Shown here: one piece after another, positions 24,744-32,000 of the stretch
Layout of the letters: every line of letters starts with the position of its first letter
How positions within the stretch are numbered: position 1 is the first letter of the stretch
Assembly: GCA_000091165.1 (NCBI GenBank)
Contig: FP565575.1
Coordinates: 2,720,855-2,752,854 of the forward strand
Source of the DNA: Candidatus Methylomirabilis oxygeniifera
Lineage (GTDB): Bacteria; Methylomirabilota; Methylomirabilia; Methylomirabilales; Methylomirabilaceae
Direction: 5' to 3'
Length of the DNA stretch: 32,000 nt
Position numbers and translations under genes: made by a program
The notes under the pieces: model-generated
What the model was told of the DNA's origin: nothing
Seen by the model: only the letters and a program-made list of their open reading frames with translations
The model's database searches: none

Positions 24744-24758
24744 GTAAAGATTTGTGAA
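24744..24758 (+). promoter_or_regulatory. CpxR-type tandem pentamer box GTAAA-N5-GTGAA
   Basis: gtaaa gattt gtgaa read directly from the sequence, in the divergent intergenic region between the efflux locus and the OmpR-family regulator gene. Confidence 0.4.
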
Positions 24759-24805
24759 GGCTCGCTGCAGATGCTCGGTCTGAATCCTGTACAGCAGAAT
24801 GCCGC

Positions 24806-24820
24806 TTAACCTTTCTTAAC
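24806..24820 (-). promoter_or_regulatory. Second tandem pentamer box GTTAA-N5-GTTAA (minus-strand reading)
   Basis: Plus strand reads cttaac-cttt-cttaac (10-bp period). It ends 22 nt upstream of a perfect TATAAT (24843-24848), which precedes the regulator ATG at 24885. Confidence 0.4.
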
Positions 24821-24884
24821 ATTCACTCCCTCTGCCTTGAGATATAATAGAGTTCGGACGCCCTAAGAACATCAGGAGTTGCAG

Positions 24885-25619
24885 ATGCACCGCATCCTTG
24901 TGATTGATGACGATGTCGAACTGTGCGAGCTATTGACGGATTATCTGACCCCGGAAGGGATTCAGGTCGAGGCCGTCCACGATGGCGGACAGGGCGCCGA
25001 GCGGGCGCTCTCTGGCGAGCATGCGCTGGTGGTGCTGGACGTCATGCTGCCGGGGATCAGCGGCTTCGAGGTACTCCGGCGGATCAGGGCAGGATCGAGT
25101 GTCCCCGTGTTGATGTTGACCGCCCGTGGCGATGACGTGGACCGGATCGTGGGGCTGGAGATGGGCGCCGACGATTATCTCTCCAAACCCTTCAACCCGC
25201 GAGAGCTGGTGGCGCGGATTCGTGCCATTCAACGTCGGGCTCAACCCAGTGTAGAGCGGGAGACCGGAACGGGAAAGGCCGTAGAACGTGTGGTTGTCGG
25301 GGATGTCGAAGTGGACCCTGGTGCGCACATCGTACTCCAACGCGGCCATCCGGTAGACTTGACGTCGGTCGAATTTACAATGTTGGAGGTCTTGCTGCGC
25401 GCGTCGGGCCAAGTGGTCAGCCGCGAGGACTTGGCCAAACAGGCGCTGGGACGGAGGCTTTCCCCGTACGACCGGAGCATCGATGTACACATCAGCAGCC
25501 TGCGCAGGAAACTGGGGCACCAACTCGGCGACACGGAACGGATCAAGACGGTGCGCGGAATGGGCTACCTCTATATCCGTCCCCCAAGCTCCACACAAGA
25601 AGAGCCGCCCAGGGGCTAA
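24885..25619 (+). CDS. OmpR/CpxR-family response regulator
   Basis: REC domain (ILVIDDD, LVVLDVMLPGISG, SKPF) plus a winged-helix output (LTSVEFTMLEVL, VHISSLRRKL, IKTVRGMGY). ATG 24885 follows an AGGAG RBS. Confidence 0.92.
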   Translation: MHRILVIDDDVELCELLTDYLTPEGIQVEAVHDGGQGAERALSGEHALVVLDVMLPGISGFEVLRRIRAGSSVPVLMLTARGDDVDRIVGLEMGADDYLSKPFNPRELVARIRAIQRRAQPSVERETGTGKAVERVVVGDVEVDPGAHIVLQRGHPVDLTSVEFTMLEVLLRASGQVVSREDLAKQALGRRLSPYDRSIDVHISSLRRKLGHQLGDTERIKTVRGMGYLYIRPPSSTQEEPPRG

Positions 25620-25630
25620 AGCGGAGAACG

Positions 25631-27076
25631 ATGCGCAGCCTGTTTGTAAAGGTATTTCTCTGGTTCTGGTTGGCCACCACCCTGTCCGGCGTGGCGCTGT
25701 TCCTCATCGGCCTTGCTACTCACACCGGACCGCGGGCCGAGCATCGTCGGCGCCTGACCGAACAGTGGCGGCATATGGGAGGGCAGACCCTGGCCCTCTA
25801 TGGCGAGGCGGCCGCTGTGCTGCTGAAGCGCGAGGGGCAGGCCGCGCTCGAAGACTACACGCAACGCGTTGAGCGTGCGACCGGTATCCGCGTGATACTG
25901 TTCCTTCATGGACATGAAATCGTACTTGGTCGGGAGGCTTCCGCGGACGCCAGGCGCCTGGCGGAGCGGGCCATGGAAAGCGGCAGGACCGAAATCGATG
26001 AGGTTGGCGAGAGACCCGTACTTGCCACGCGGATCCTCGGATCACAGGGAGAAGTATACGTTGTTACAGGCATCGTCACCAGCCCGCACCCGCCAGGGGT
26101 GGGCCCCCCTCCGCCCATGTCTGGGCCGCAGACTGGACTTCTTGCCGAATTCCCACGTTTTCTCCGAGGATTCAGCATGCCTGCGCTGGTAAGTTTTTTC
26201 GTTGGGGGGCTGGTATGTCTCGGACTCGCCTGGCATCTGACAGCCCCCGTCCGTCGGCTTCGCGCGACGGTACAACGGTTTGCCGGCGGTGAGTTGACGG
26301 CCCGCGTTGGGGCGGGACGGGGCGGGGACGAAATTGCTGCCCTGGGCCGAGATTTCGATGTCATGGCCGAACGAATCGAGGGGCTGATGACGGCGCAACG
26401 GCAACTGCTGCGCGACATTTCACATGAACTGCGGTCCCCACTGACCCGGCTAAACGTCGCCCTCGATCTGGTCCGGCAGCGGTCCGGTCCGGAGGTCAAA
26501 GGGATGCTGGGCAGGATCGAACGGGAGGCCGTACGGCTCAACGACTTGATCGGCCAACTCCTTACACTGACCAAGATTTCGACGGGCGGGGACCTGATGC
26601 CGCGAGAACCAGTCTCGCTCACATACCTTGTGCAGGAGATTGCCGCTGATGCCGACTTCGAGGCCCACATACAACATCGCAGCGTGCGCGTCGTCACAGA
26701 GGACGAGCTGATCATTCAGGGGGTCGAAGAGATACTCCGGCGAGGCATCGAGAACGTGGTGCGAAATGCGGTCCGCTATACCGCCGAACAGACTCAGGTG
26801 GACATCACGGTCAGTCGGCGGTCCGGCCGCTCTGGTGATGAGGTGGTTATTCGGGTCCGAGATCATGGTCCGGGCGTTCCTCAGAGCGCGCTGTCTCAGC
26901 TATTTCTCCCGTTCTACCGGGTGGCCGATGCCCGTGACCGGCAGTCTGGCGGGACGGGCATCGGCCTGGCCATCACCGAACGAGCGGTTCATTTGCACAA
27001 CGGCACCGTCACCGCCGCCAACGCTCAAGATGGCGGGCTCATCGTGGATATTGTGCTTCCGATTGCCACTCCCTAA
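25631..27076 (+). CDS. CpxA-like sensor histidine kinase (TM-periplasmic-TM-HAMP-HisKA-HATPase_c)
   Basis: Two TMs, HAMP (PVRRLRATVQRFAGGEL), H-box ISHELRSPLTRL, N-box VVRNAVRYT, and G-boxes RDHGPGV and GTGIGLAI. Confidence 0.92.
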   Translation: MRSLFVKVFLWFWLATTLSGVALFLIGLATHTGPRAEHRRRLTEQWRHMGGQTLALYGEAAAVLLKREGQAALEDYTQRVERATGIRVILFLHGHEIVLGREASADARRLAERAMESGRTEIDEVGERPVLATRILGSQGEVYVVTGIVTSPHPPGVGPPPPMSGPQTGLLAEFPRFLRGFSMPALVSFFVGGLVCLGLAWHLTAPVRRLRATVQRFAGGELTARVGAGRGGDEIAALGRDFDVMAERIEGLMTAQRQLLRDISHELRSPLTRLNVALDLVRQRSGPEVKGMLGRIEREAVRLNDLIGQLLTLTKISTGGDLMPREPVSLTYLVQEIAADADFEAHIQHRSVRVVTEDELIIQGVEEILRRGIENVVRNAVRYTAEQTQVDITVSRRSGRSGDEVVIRVRDHGPGVPQSALSQLFLPFYRVADARDRQSGGTGIGLAITERAVHLHNGTVTAANAQDGGLIVDIVLPIATP

Positions 27077-27178
27077 CGCCCGGTAAAATCCGACGGCAGA
27101 GGCTAATATATGAATTCACGCAATATTCGGGCTGAATAGCTGATCGCTGCCTCGGTGTCTGGAGATGGCCTCAGGCTA

Positions 27179-28636
27179 TCAGATACGCTGGGCGAGGCCC
27201 TCCCGTTCAATACGGTGCAGTCGATAGGAGATGTTGGTTTCACCGCAGGACCTGCTGGAGGGCAAGAGCTTGCCGGGGTTGCACCGTGAAGAGCTGTCGA
27301 ATGCCGCACGAACCCTCCGCATTGCCTCAAGGTCGTCGGGGCTGTACATGAGGGGAATGAAGTCGATCTTCTCCATCCCGATCCCATGCTCCCCCGTGAT
27401 GCTGCCGCCGACCGAGAGACAGAGCCTCATGATCTCCGCCCCGGCTGCAAAGGCCCTCTGCAACTCCCCTTCCCTGCGAGAGTCGAAACAGATCAGGGGA
27501 TGGAGGTTCCCGTCACCCGCGTGGAATACATTCGCAATCACGCAGGCATGGCGCTCCGCGATCGCCTCGACCTCCCTGAGCACCCGCGGAAGTGTAGTCC
27601 TCGGGACGACGCCATCCTGCAGGTAAAATTCGTGGGTGATCCGGCCCACGGCCGCAACCGCGCCCTTCCGTCCCCTCCAGAGCAAAGCCCGCTCCTGTTC
27701 ATCCATGGCGATCCGCAGGTCCAGGGCGCCGCACCGGTTACAAATCTGCGTAATCTGCTTCGTCTGGGCCTCGATCTCTGCGGCCGGCCCATCCAGTTCT
27801 ATCAGCAGCACCGCGCCGGCGCCTTCAGGGTAACCGATATGCAACCACTCTTCAAGCGCCCTGATGATGTGTCGATCCATCATCTCCAGGGCGGCAGGGA
27901 TGATGCCGGCAGCAATGATCTCCGATACCACCTCGCTCGCCGCGTCGATGGTGCGGAAGGAGGCCAGCAGGGTCTTCACGGCCTCGGCCTGGCGGAGGAG
28001 GCGAACGGTCACCTTCGTGGCGATCCCCAAGGTCCCTTCAGAGCCGGCGAACAGGCCGGTTAGGTCGTAGCCTGGGCAGTCCAGCGTCTTGCCGCCGACC
28101 TGGACAATCTCCCCCGATGCCAGGACCACCTCGAGCCCGAGGATATGCGTTGTCGTAGTCCCGTACTTCAGGCAGTGGGGTCCTCCGGCGTTCTCGGCCA
28201 CATTGCCGCCGATACTGGAGGCGGCCTGGCTAGCCGGGTCCGGGGCAAAATAGTGGCTGTGATCCTGAACCGCCTGGGTCAGGGCGAGGTTCACCAGGCC
28301 CGGCTCTACGATAGCCCGCTGATTCGGGATATCAATCTCCAATATCCGATTCATGCGATTCAGTCCGATGATCACCCCGCCGGAAACGGCAATAGCGCCG
28401 CCAGACAGCCCGGTTCCCGCTCCACGCGGCAGAAAGGGAAGCTGCTCCCTGCCACAAAGCTTTACAACCGCGACGACCTGCTCTGTATTATCCGGAAGGA
28501 CCACAACATCGGGCATGGCCTTCTCCAGATAGGTCATCCCGTCACACTCGTATACGGTCAACTCATCCGGATCGGAGATCACCCACTCCGGGCCTACAAT
28601 AGCCGCCAGCTCTTTGACGATCCTTGGTTTCTCCAT
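27179..28636 (-). CDS. glcD: FAD-linked oxidase, glycolate oxidase subunit GlcD-like
   Basis: PCMH-type FAD-binding domain (PRGAGTGLSGGA, GGNVAENAGG) and a C-terminal FAD-oxidase domain (GSITGEHGIG). Confidence 0.9.
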   Translation of the reverse strand: MEKPRIVKELAAIVGPEWVISDPDELTVYECDGMTYLEKAMPDVVVLPDNTEQVVAVVKLCGREQLPFLPRGAGTGLSGGAIAVSGGVIIGLNRMNRILEIDIPNQRAIVEPGLVNLALTQAVQDHSHYFAPDPASQAASSIGGNVAENAGGPHCLKYGTTTTHILGLEVVLASGEIVQVGGKTLDCPGYDLTGLFAGSEGTLGIATKVTVRLLRQAEAVKTLLASFRTIDAASEVVSEIIAAGIIPAALEMMDRHIIRALEEWLHIGYPEGAGAVLLIELDGPAAEIEAQTKQITQICNRCGALDLRIAMDEQERALLWRGRKGAVAAVGRITHEFYLQDGVVPRTTLPRVLREVEAIAERHACVIANVFHAGDGNLHPLICFDSRREGELQRAFAAGAEIMRLCLSVGGSITGEHGIGMEKIDFIPLMYSPDDLEAMRRVRAAFDSSSRCNPGKLLPSSRSCGETNISYRLHRIEREGLAQRI

Positions 28637-28656
28637 GCTTGCCTATACCCTATCTT

Positions 28657-30018
28657 TCAGATTCCGCCCACGAAGCGACCAGGGCTGAGACACCCGAAGG
28701 GGTCAAACTGTTGCTTTAATTCGCGCATCAGAGGCAGGGCGTCGCCGACGGGACCCCATACATCGACGGCGGCCTTAATCGCCGACGGCGCCGACAGGAT
28801 GACCAGACTTCCACCATGACGTACCACCCAATGCCGAAGTTCGTCGATCCCCTTCGCGATAGAGATCGGATCCGGCTCCGTGACGCCCGGTGCGCCCCTC
28901 CAGTACAGCCGGACGATCCCGCAGCCGGCTTCAGAGATGGCGGCCGACTCCAGGCCGAGATGCCGGGCCAGCGTTTCGGCATGGTAGATCGTATCAACAA
29001 CGTGCGTCGGCAGCACGCCGGCCTTCAGCATCGCCCACGGCCGACCATCGGTGCTTGCTGAGGAAAAATTGCAGATGGCGCTCCACAGGCTGTCTTGCGC
29101 GCTCCCCTCTACGAGAAATTCTGTCACGGCGCCCTCCTGGCGACAAAGCTTTCCGATGGCCGCGATCTGGGTGTCCACCGCCTCAGGCACACTCCCCACC
29201 GACACAGCCACCGCGACGGTCCCCTCCGGAAACGCACAGCCGGCCTGTCTGCCGACCGGTTGCGCCGCAACGGACGAGAGAAGCTCGATCCTGGTGCAGA
29301 CGATGGTCGAGTGGAGGATCTGAGCCAGCGCGCAGGCGGCCGATTCGCCCGTCGGGAACAATGCGATCCAGGTGTGCTCTACGGCCGGCAATGGGTAGAG
29401 TCTGAAGGTCGCCTCAAGAATAATTCCAAGCGTTCCCAGCGAGCCGACGTAGAGTTTGTTTATATCGTACCCGCTGACGTTCTTCACCACCTTCGTGCCG
29501 CCCTTCGTGATGGTGCCGTCCGCGTGAACGATGCGAATCCCGATGACCAGGTCGCGAGCGGTTCCATACCGCTGTCGCCATGGGCCGCTCGCATTGGTGG
29601 CAAGGATGCCCCCGATTGTTGCTCGCTCGTAGCCGGTAGGATCAAAGGGTAGAAACTGGCCGCTGGGGCGAAGAGATGCCTGAACGTCACGAAGCCGCAT
29701 CCCAGCCTGAACGGTCGCCGTCAGGTCGCCCGGTTCGTGATCGATGATCCGCGCGAGCCGCTTCAGCCCAACAACCAGATCGATCCTTGCAGGGATACCT
29801 CCAAGACCGATCTGTGTTCCACTCCCCCACGGAACGACCGAAAGTCGCTCGGACGACGCATACTTCATAACCTCTGCGAGTTCCTGCGCGTCTCCGGGAA
29901 AGGTAATCGCCTTTGGAGCCTGATCATCTACGGCATACGCAACGCAGGATGCCGTCGCCAGGACATGGTCTGCCCCGACGATTTCGGCCAGCCGCTCTGC
30001 CAGGCGTTCAGAAGTCAC
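28657..30018 (-). CDS. FAD-binding oxidoreductase, GlcE-like second subunit
   Basis: PCMH FAD-binding domain (PWGSGTQIGLGG, GGILATNASGPWRQRYG, KNVSGYDINKLYVGSLGTLG), directly upstream of the glcD-like gene. Confidence 0.85.
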   Translation of the reverse strand: MTSERLAERLAEIVGADHVLATASCVAYAVDDQAPKAITFPGDAQELAEVMKYASSERLSVVPWGSGTQIGLGGIPARIDLVVGLKRLARIIDHEPGDLTATVQAGMRLRDVQASLRPSGQFLPFDPTGYERATIGGILATNASGPWRQRYGTARDLVIGIRIVHADGTITKGGTKVVKNVSGYDINKLYVGSLGTLGIILEATFRLYPLPAVEHTWIALFPTGESAACALAQILHSTIVCTRIELLSSVAAQPVGRQAGCAFPEGTVAVAVSVGSVPEAVDTQIAAIGKLCRQEGAVTEFLVEGSAQDSLWSAICNFSSASTDGRPWAMLKAGVLPTHVVDTIYHAETLARHLGLESAAISEAGCGIVRLYWRGAPGVTEPDPISIAKGIDELRHWVVRHGGSLVILSAPSAIKAAVDVWGPVGDALPLMRELKQQFDPFGCLSPGRFVGGI

Positions 30019-30020
30019 GC

Positions 30021-31388
30021 TTATAGGGCGCCTTCGTCCCGCATCAGGCGAAGTGCGGCCTTGAAGGCCAGGATGGTTTTCTCGATGTCCTTATCCGAGT
30101 GGGCTGCCGAGATCCACCCATGAAAGAGGGGGAAATCGACGCCGTGCAGGATCAGTGCGCACCGCAGCCGGTGATATGCCTCCTGGTTGGGATGGTCCAT
30201 GAGGAGGTGATGGTCGGGTGGAGAGTCGGGTCGGTGGAAGACAAGGCCATGACGGTGAGGCTCAAGGAAGAGGTTCACGATTGAAGATTCACCGTAGACA
30301 CACACATCTACTCCGAGCGTCGTAATGACCTCGGTAAGCCCGTTGCGCAAGATCTCTCCGGCACGATCGGTTCCGATCTGGATCTGGCCGTCGGCGAGAA
30401 GCCGGAGTGTCGCCAGACCGGCCGCCGCTGAGAGCGGATTCGCGTTAAAGGTCCCGGCATGCCACACCCGCTCTTCCCGATTCCAGGTCGGATCGTCCCT
30501 GAACGCCAACTGGTCCATGATCGAGGCGCTGCCGACTACGGCCCCGCCAGGCAGCCCCCCGGCCAGGATCTTGGCCAGCGTGGTCAGGTCTGCATAAATC
30601 CCATACCGCTGCTGGGCGCCGCCAGGGGCCAGGCGGAACCCGGTAATCACCTCGTCGAAGATCAGGACGATGCCTTGGGCTCGGGTGAATTCCCGGAGTC
30701 GTCTCAGGAAGTCGTGATTCGTGGGGATCGTACCGCAACTGCCGCCTTCCGGCTCCAGGATAACGCCGGCAACATCGTCCCTGCCCGAAACCAGCGCGAT
30801 GAACGCATCCCAGTCGTTCGGTGGGCAGATGAGAATCTCGTCAAGGGCGCCCTGCGGTACACCGGCGGAAACAGGCCGGTCAAAGGGCGGACGGATTGCG
30901 ACCGCCGCATAGTCGTGCCATCCATGAAAGTGGCCCTCGAACTTTACGATCTTACCCCGGCCTGTTGCAGCCCTGGCCAGCCGAATCGCCAGAAGCGTCG
31001 CCTCAGTCCCCGAGCCGACAAAGCGGACGCGTTCGGCACGGGGATTGAGTTTCAGCACCTGCTCGGCCCACTGCACCTCCAATTCGTGGCAGGCGCCGTA
31101 GTGGGTTCCGCGGTCAAGCTGGTTCGCAATGGCGCCTCGAACAGCCGGGTGCCCATGGCCAAGGATGAGCGCTCCGTGTCCTATCCAGTAGTCGATCAAC
31201 TCATGGCCATCGACATCCCACTTCCTGGAGCCGTGCGCCCGATCCACGTAGATGGGGAAGGGATGGAGATGCCGGATGTCGTGAGTCAGGCCGCCGGCAA
31301 TTGCCGCCCTGGCTTGCCGGAACAGAGACTCCGAGCGAGGATGGGCTCGGCGAAACTGCTCATAGATCGACGTCTCGGCCTTCTTCAA
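30021..31388 (-). CDS. Class III PLP aminotransferase (glutamate-1-semialdehyde aminomutase-like)
   Basis: VGSGTEATLLAIRLARA, IFDEVITGFR and LAKILAGGLPGGA (PLP-Lys region). 455 aa. Confidence 0.9.
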   Translation of the reverse strand: MKKAETSIYEQFRRAHPRSESLFRQARAAIAGGLTHDIRHLHPFPIYVDRAHGSRKWDVDGHELIDYWIGHGALILGHGHPAVRGAIANQLDRGTHYGACHELEVQWAEQVLKLNPRAERVRFVGSGTEATLLAIRLARAATGRGKIVKFEGHFHGWHDYAAVAIRPPFDRPVSAGVPQGALDEILICPPNDWDAFIALVSGRDDVAGVILEPEGGSCGTIPTNHDFLRRLREFTRAQGIVLIFDEVITGFRLAPGGAQQRYGIYADLTTLAKILAGGLPGGAVVGSASIMDQLAFRDDPTWNREERVWHAGTFNANPLSAAAGLATLRLLADGQIQIGTDRAGEILRNGLTEVITTLGVDVCVYGESSIVNLFLEPHRHGLVFHRPDSPPDHHLLMDHPNQEAYHRLRCALILHGVDFPLFHGWISAAHSDKDIEKTILAFKAALRLMRDEGAL

Positions 31389-31421
31389 TCTTTTACCTGC
31401 TTCACCACAGCCTGTATGGCA

Positions 31422-31456
31422 GTTTCAAGTTTTGAGTTTCAAGTATCGAGTCCGAA
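31422..31456. repeat. Heptamer array GTTTCAA GTTTTGA GTTTCAA GTATCGA GTCCGAA
   Basis: Five consecutive 7-mers read directly from the sequence, 34 nt upstream of the aminotransferase start. Confidence 0.65.
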
Positions 31457-31557
31457 AAAGATTTCTCGATTCCCGGAACATGAAACCCGAAACGCGACTC
31501 GGAAAACGTATCATGCCATCCGCTCTCTGTCAACGCGGCCGGACCTGCTGCGATCGT

Positions 31558-31591
31558 CCATATGGCCTGCGGCCGCACGAAGGCCGTATGG
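31558..31591. other. 10-bp stem hairpin (ccatatggcc / ggccgtatgg) enclosing the palindrome tgcggccgca
   Basis: Read directly from the sequence; one G-U equivalent in the stem. Function unknown. Confidence 0.4.
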
Positions 31592-31706
31592 GCATTATTC
31601 CTGAGTGTTTTTCACAACTAAGTTATAGTGATAATCATTACTATCGCGTATTACACACAGATACCGTTAACTACAAAATGATTATTTTCACAAGCCCAGA
31701 AATGAC

Positions 31707-31735
31707 TTGACAGTCGGGGTGGGGTGGGCTAAAAG
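31707..31735 (+). promoter_or_regulatory. Candidate sigma70 promoter TTGACA-N17-TAAAAG
   Basis: Perfect -35, a 17-nt G-rich spacer and a weak -10. It points toward the DnaA-box cluster and the window end. Confidence 0.35.
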
Positions 31736-31783
31736 AGACATCTCTTCAGCAACACAATGCCGATAATTGCGCATGAGACGCCG

Positions 31784-31991
31784 TTTTCCACAGTCAACCT
31801 TTCTTATGAACCTGTCAATTATCGGGGGCAACGGCCCCCTTTATAAGGCGGGACAGCCATTTACGCCTTATCCACACCTGTGGATAAATCTGTGGATAAG
31901 AGAAACCGCATCTGATACGGATTTCCAGGGAATCGTGAAGAGATTATTCAATGTATTCAACATGTTAGACAAGGAGGCTTCCTGTGGATAA
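31784..31991. other. DnaA-box cluster: candidate oriC / dnaA promoter region
   Basis: Perfect 9-mers: TTATCCACA (31868-31876) and TGTGGATAA (31879-31887, 31891-31899, 31983-31991). One 1-mismatch box TTTTCCACA (31784-31792). An AT-rich tract at about 31610-31700 lies next to it. Confidence 0.7.
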
Positions 31992-32000
31992 CAATGGTCA

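Noticed and set aside
25906-26715. 269-aa minus-strand ORF
   Set aside because: It is antisense to the histidine kinase and is Ser/Arg/Pro-rich with no domain signature.
30459-31604. 381-aa plus-strand ORF
   Set aside because: It is antisense to the class III aminotransferase, has low-complexity composition, and runs through the heptamer array.
31767-31991. 74-aa plus-strand ORF
   Set aside because: It runs straight through the DnaA boxes (translated as PHLWINLWI). It has no RBS and is most likely non-coding origin or promoter DNA.

Overview
High-GC chromosomal segment from a diderm (Gram-negative-type) bacterium; I cannot assign a lineage from sequence alone. About 35 protein genes are supportable. 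Left third: housekeeping and accessory genes (rluD-like pseudouridine synthase, REC-HAMP-PAS-GAF-GGDEF cyclase, alanine dehydrogenase + SAM methyltransferase, HAD phosphatase, yeast-type cytosine deaminase, LOG, endonuclease III, archease). It also holds a small decayed accessory islet (7.77-9.45 kb): a type II toxin-antitoxin pair, gene remnants, and a glutaredoxin-like ORF whose catalytic codon is an in-frame TGA. That ORF is a probable selenoprotein and is absent from the ORF track. Middle: two paralogous MacAB-type tripartite efflux loci on the minus strand. Locus 1 (11.56-18.34 kb) is one tightly packed unit: ECF sigma, zf-HC2 anti-sigma, Spy/CpxP-like periplasmic protein, TolC, MacA, ATPase, permease. 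Locus 2 (20.59-24.63 kb) runs cupredoxin-like protein, small secreted protein, MacA, ATPase, permease, and faces a divergent CpxRA-like two-component system with GTAAA-N5-GTGAA-type boxes in the shared promoter region. Its outer-membrane-factor gene survives only as a roughly 95-codon remnant, separated from the permease by an AT-rich insert carrying an IS3 orfA fragment and a 4x EF-hand protein. Right end: glcD/glcE-like FAD oxidases, a class III aminotransferase, then an AT-rich region with four perfect DnaA boxes (candidate oriC/dnaA promoter). Four arrays of imperfect 7-bp tandem repeats (GTNTnnn) and a CCCCCTTT/AAAGGGGG hairpin family are dispersed through the window. No rRNA, tRNA or CRISPR array was seen. 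All family assignments rest on motif recognition by eye; no database search was run.
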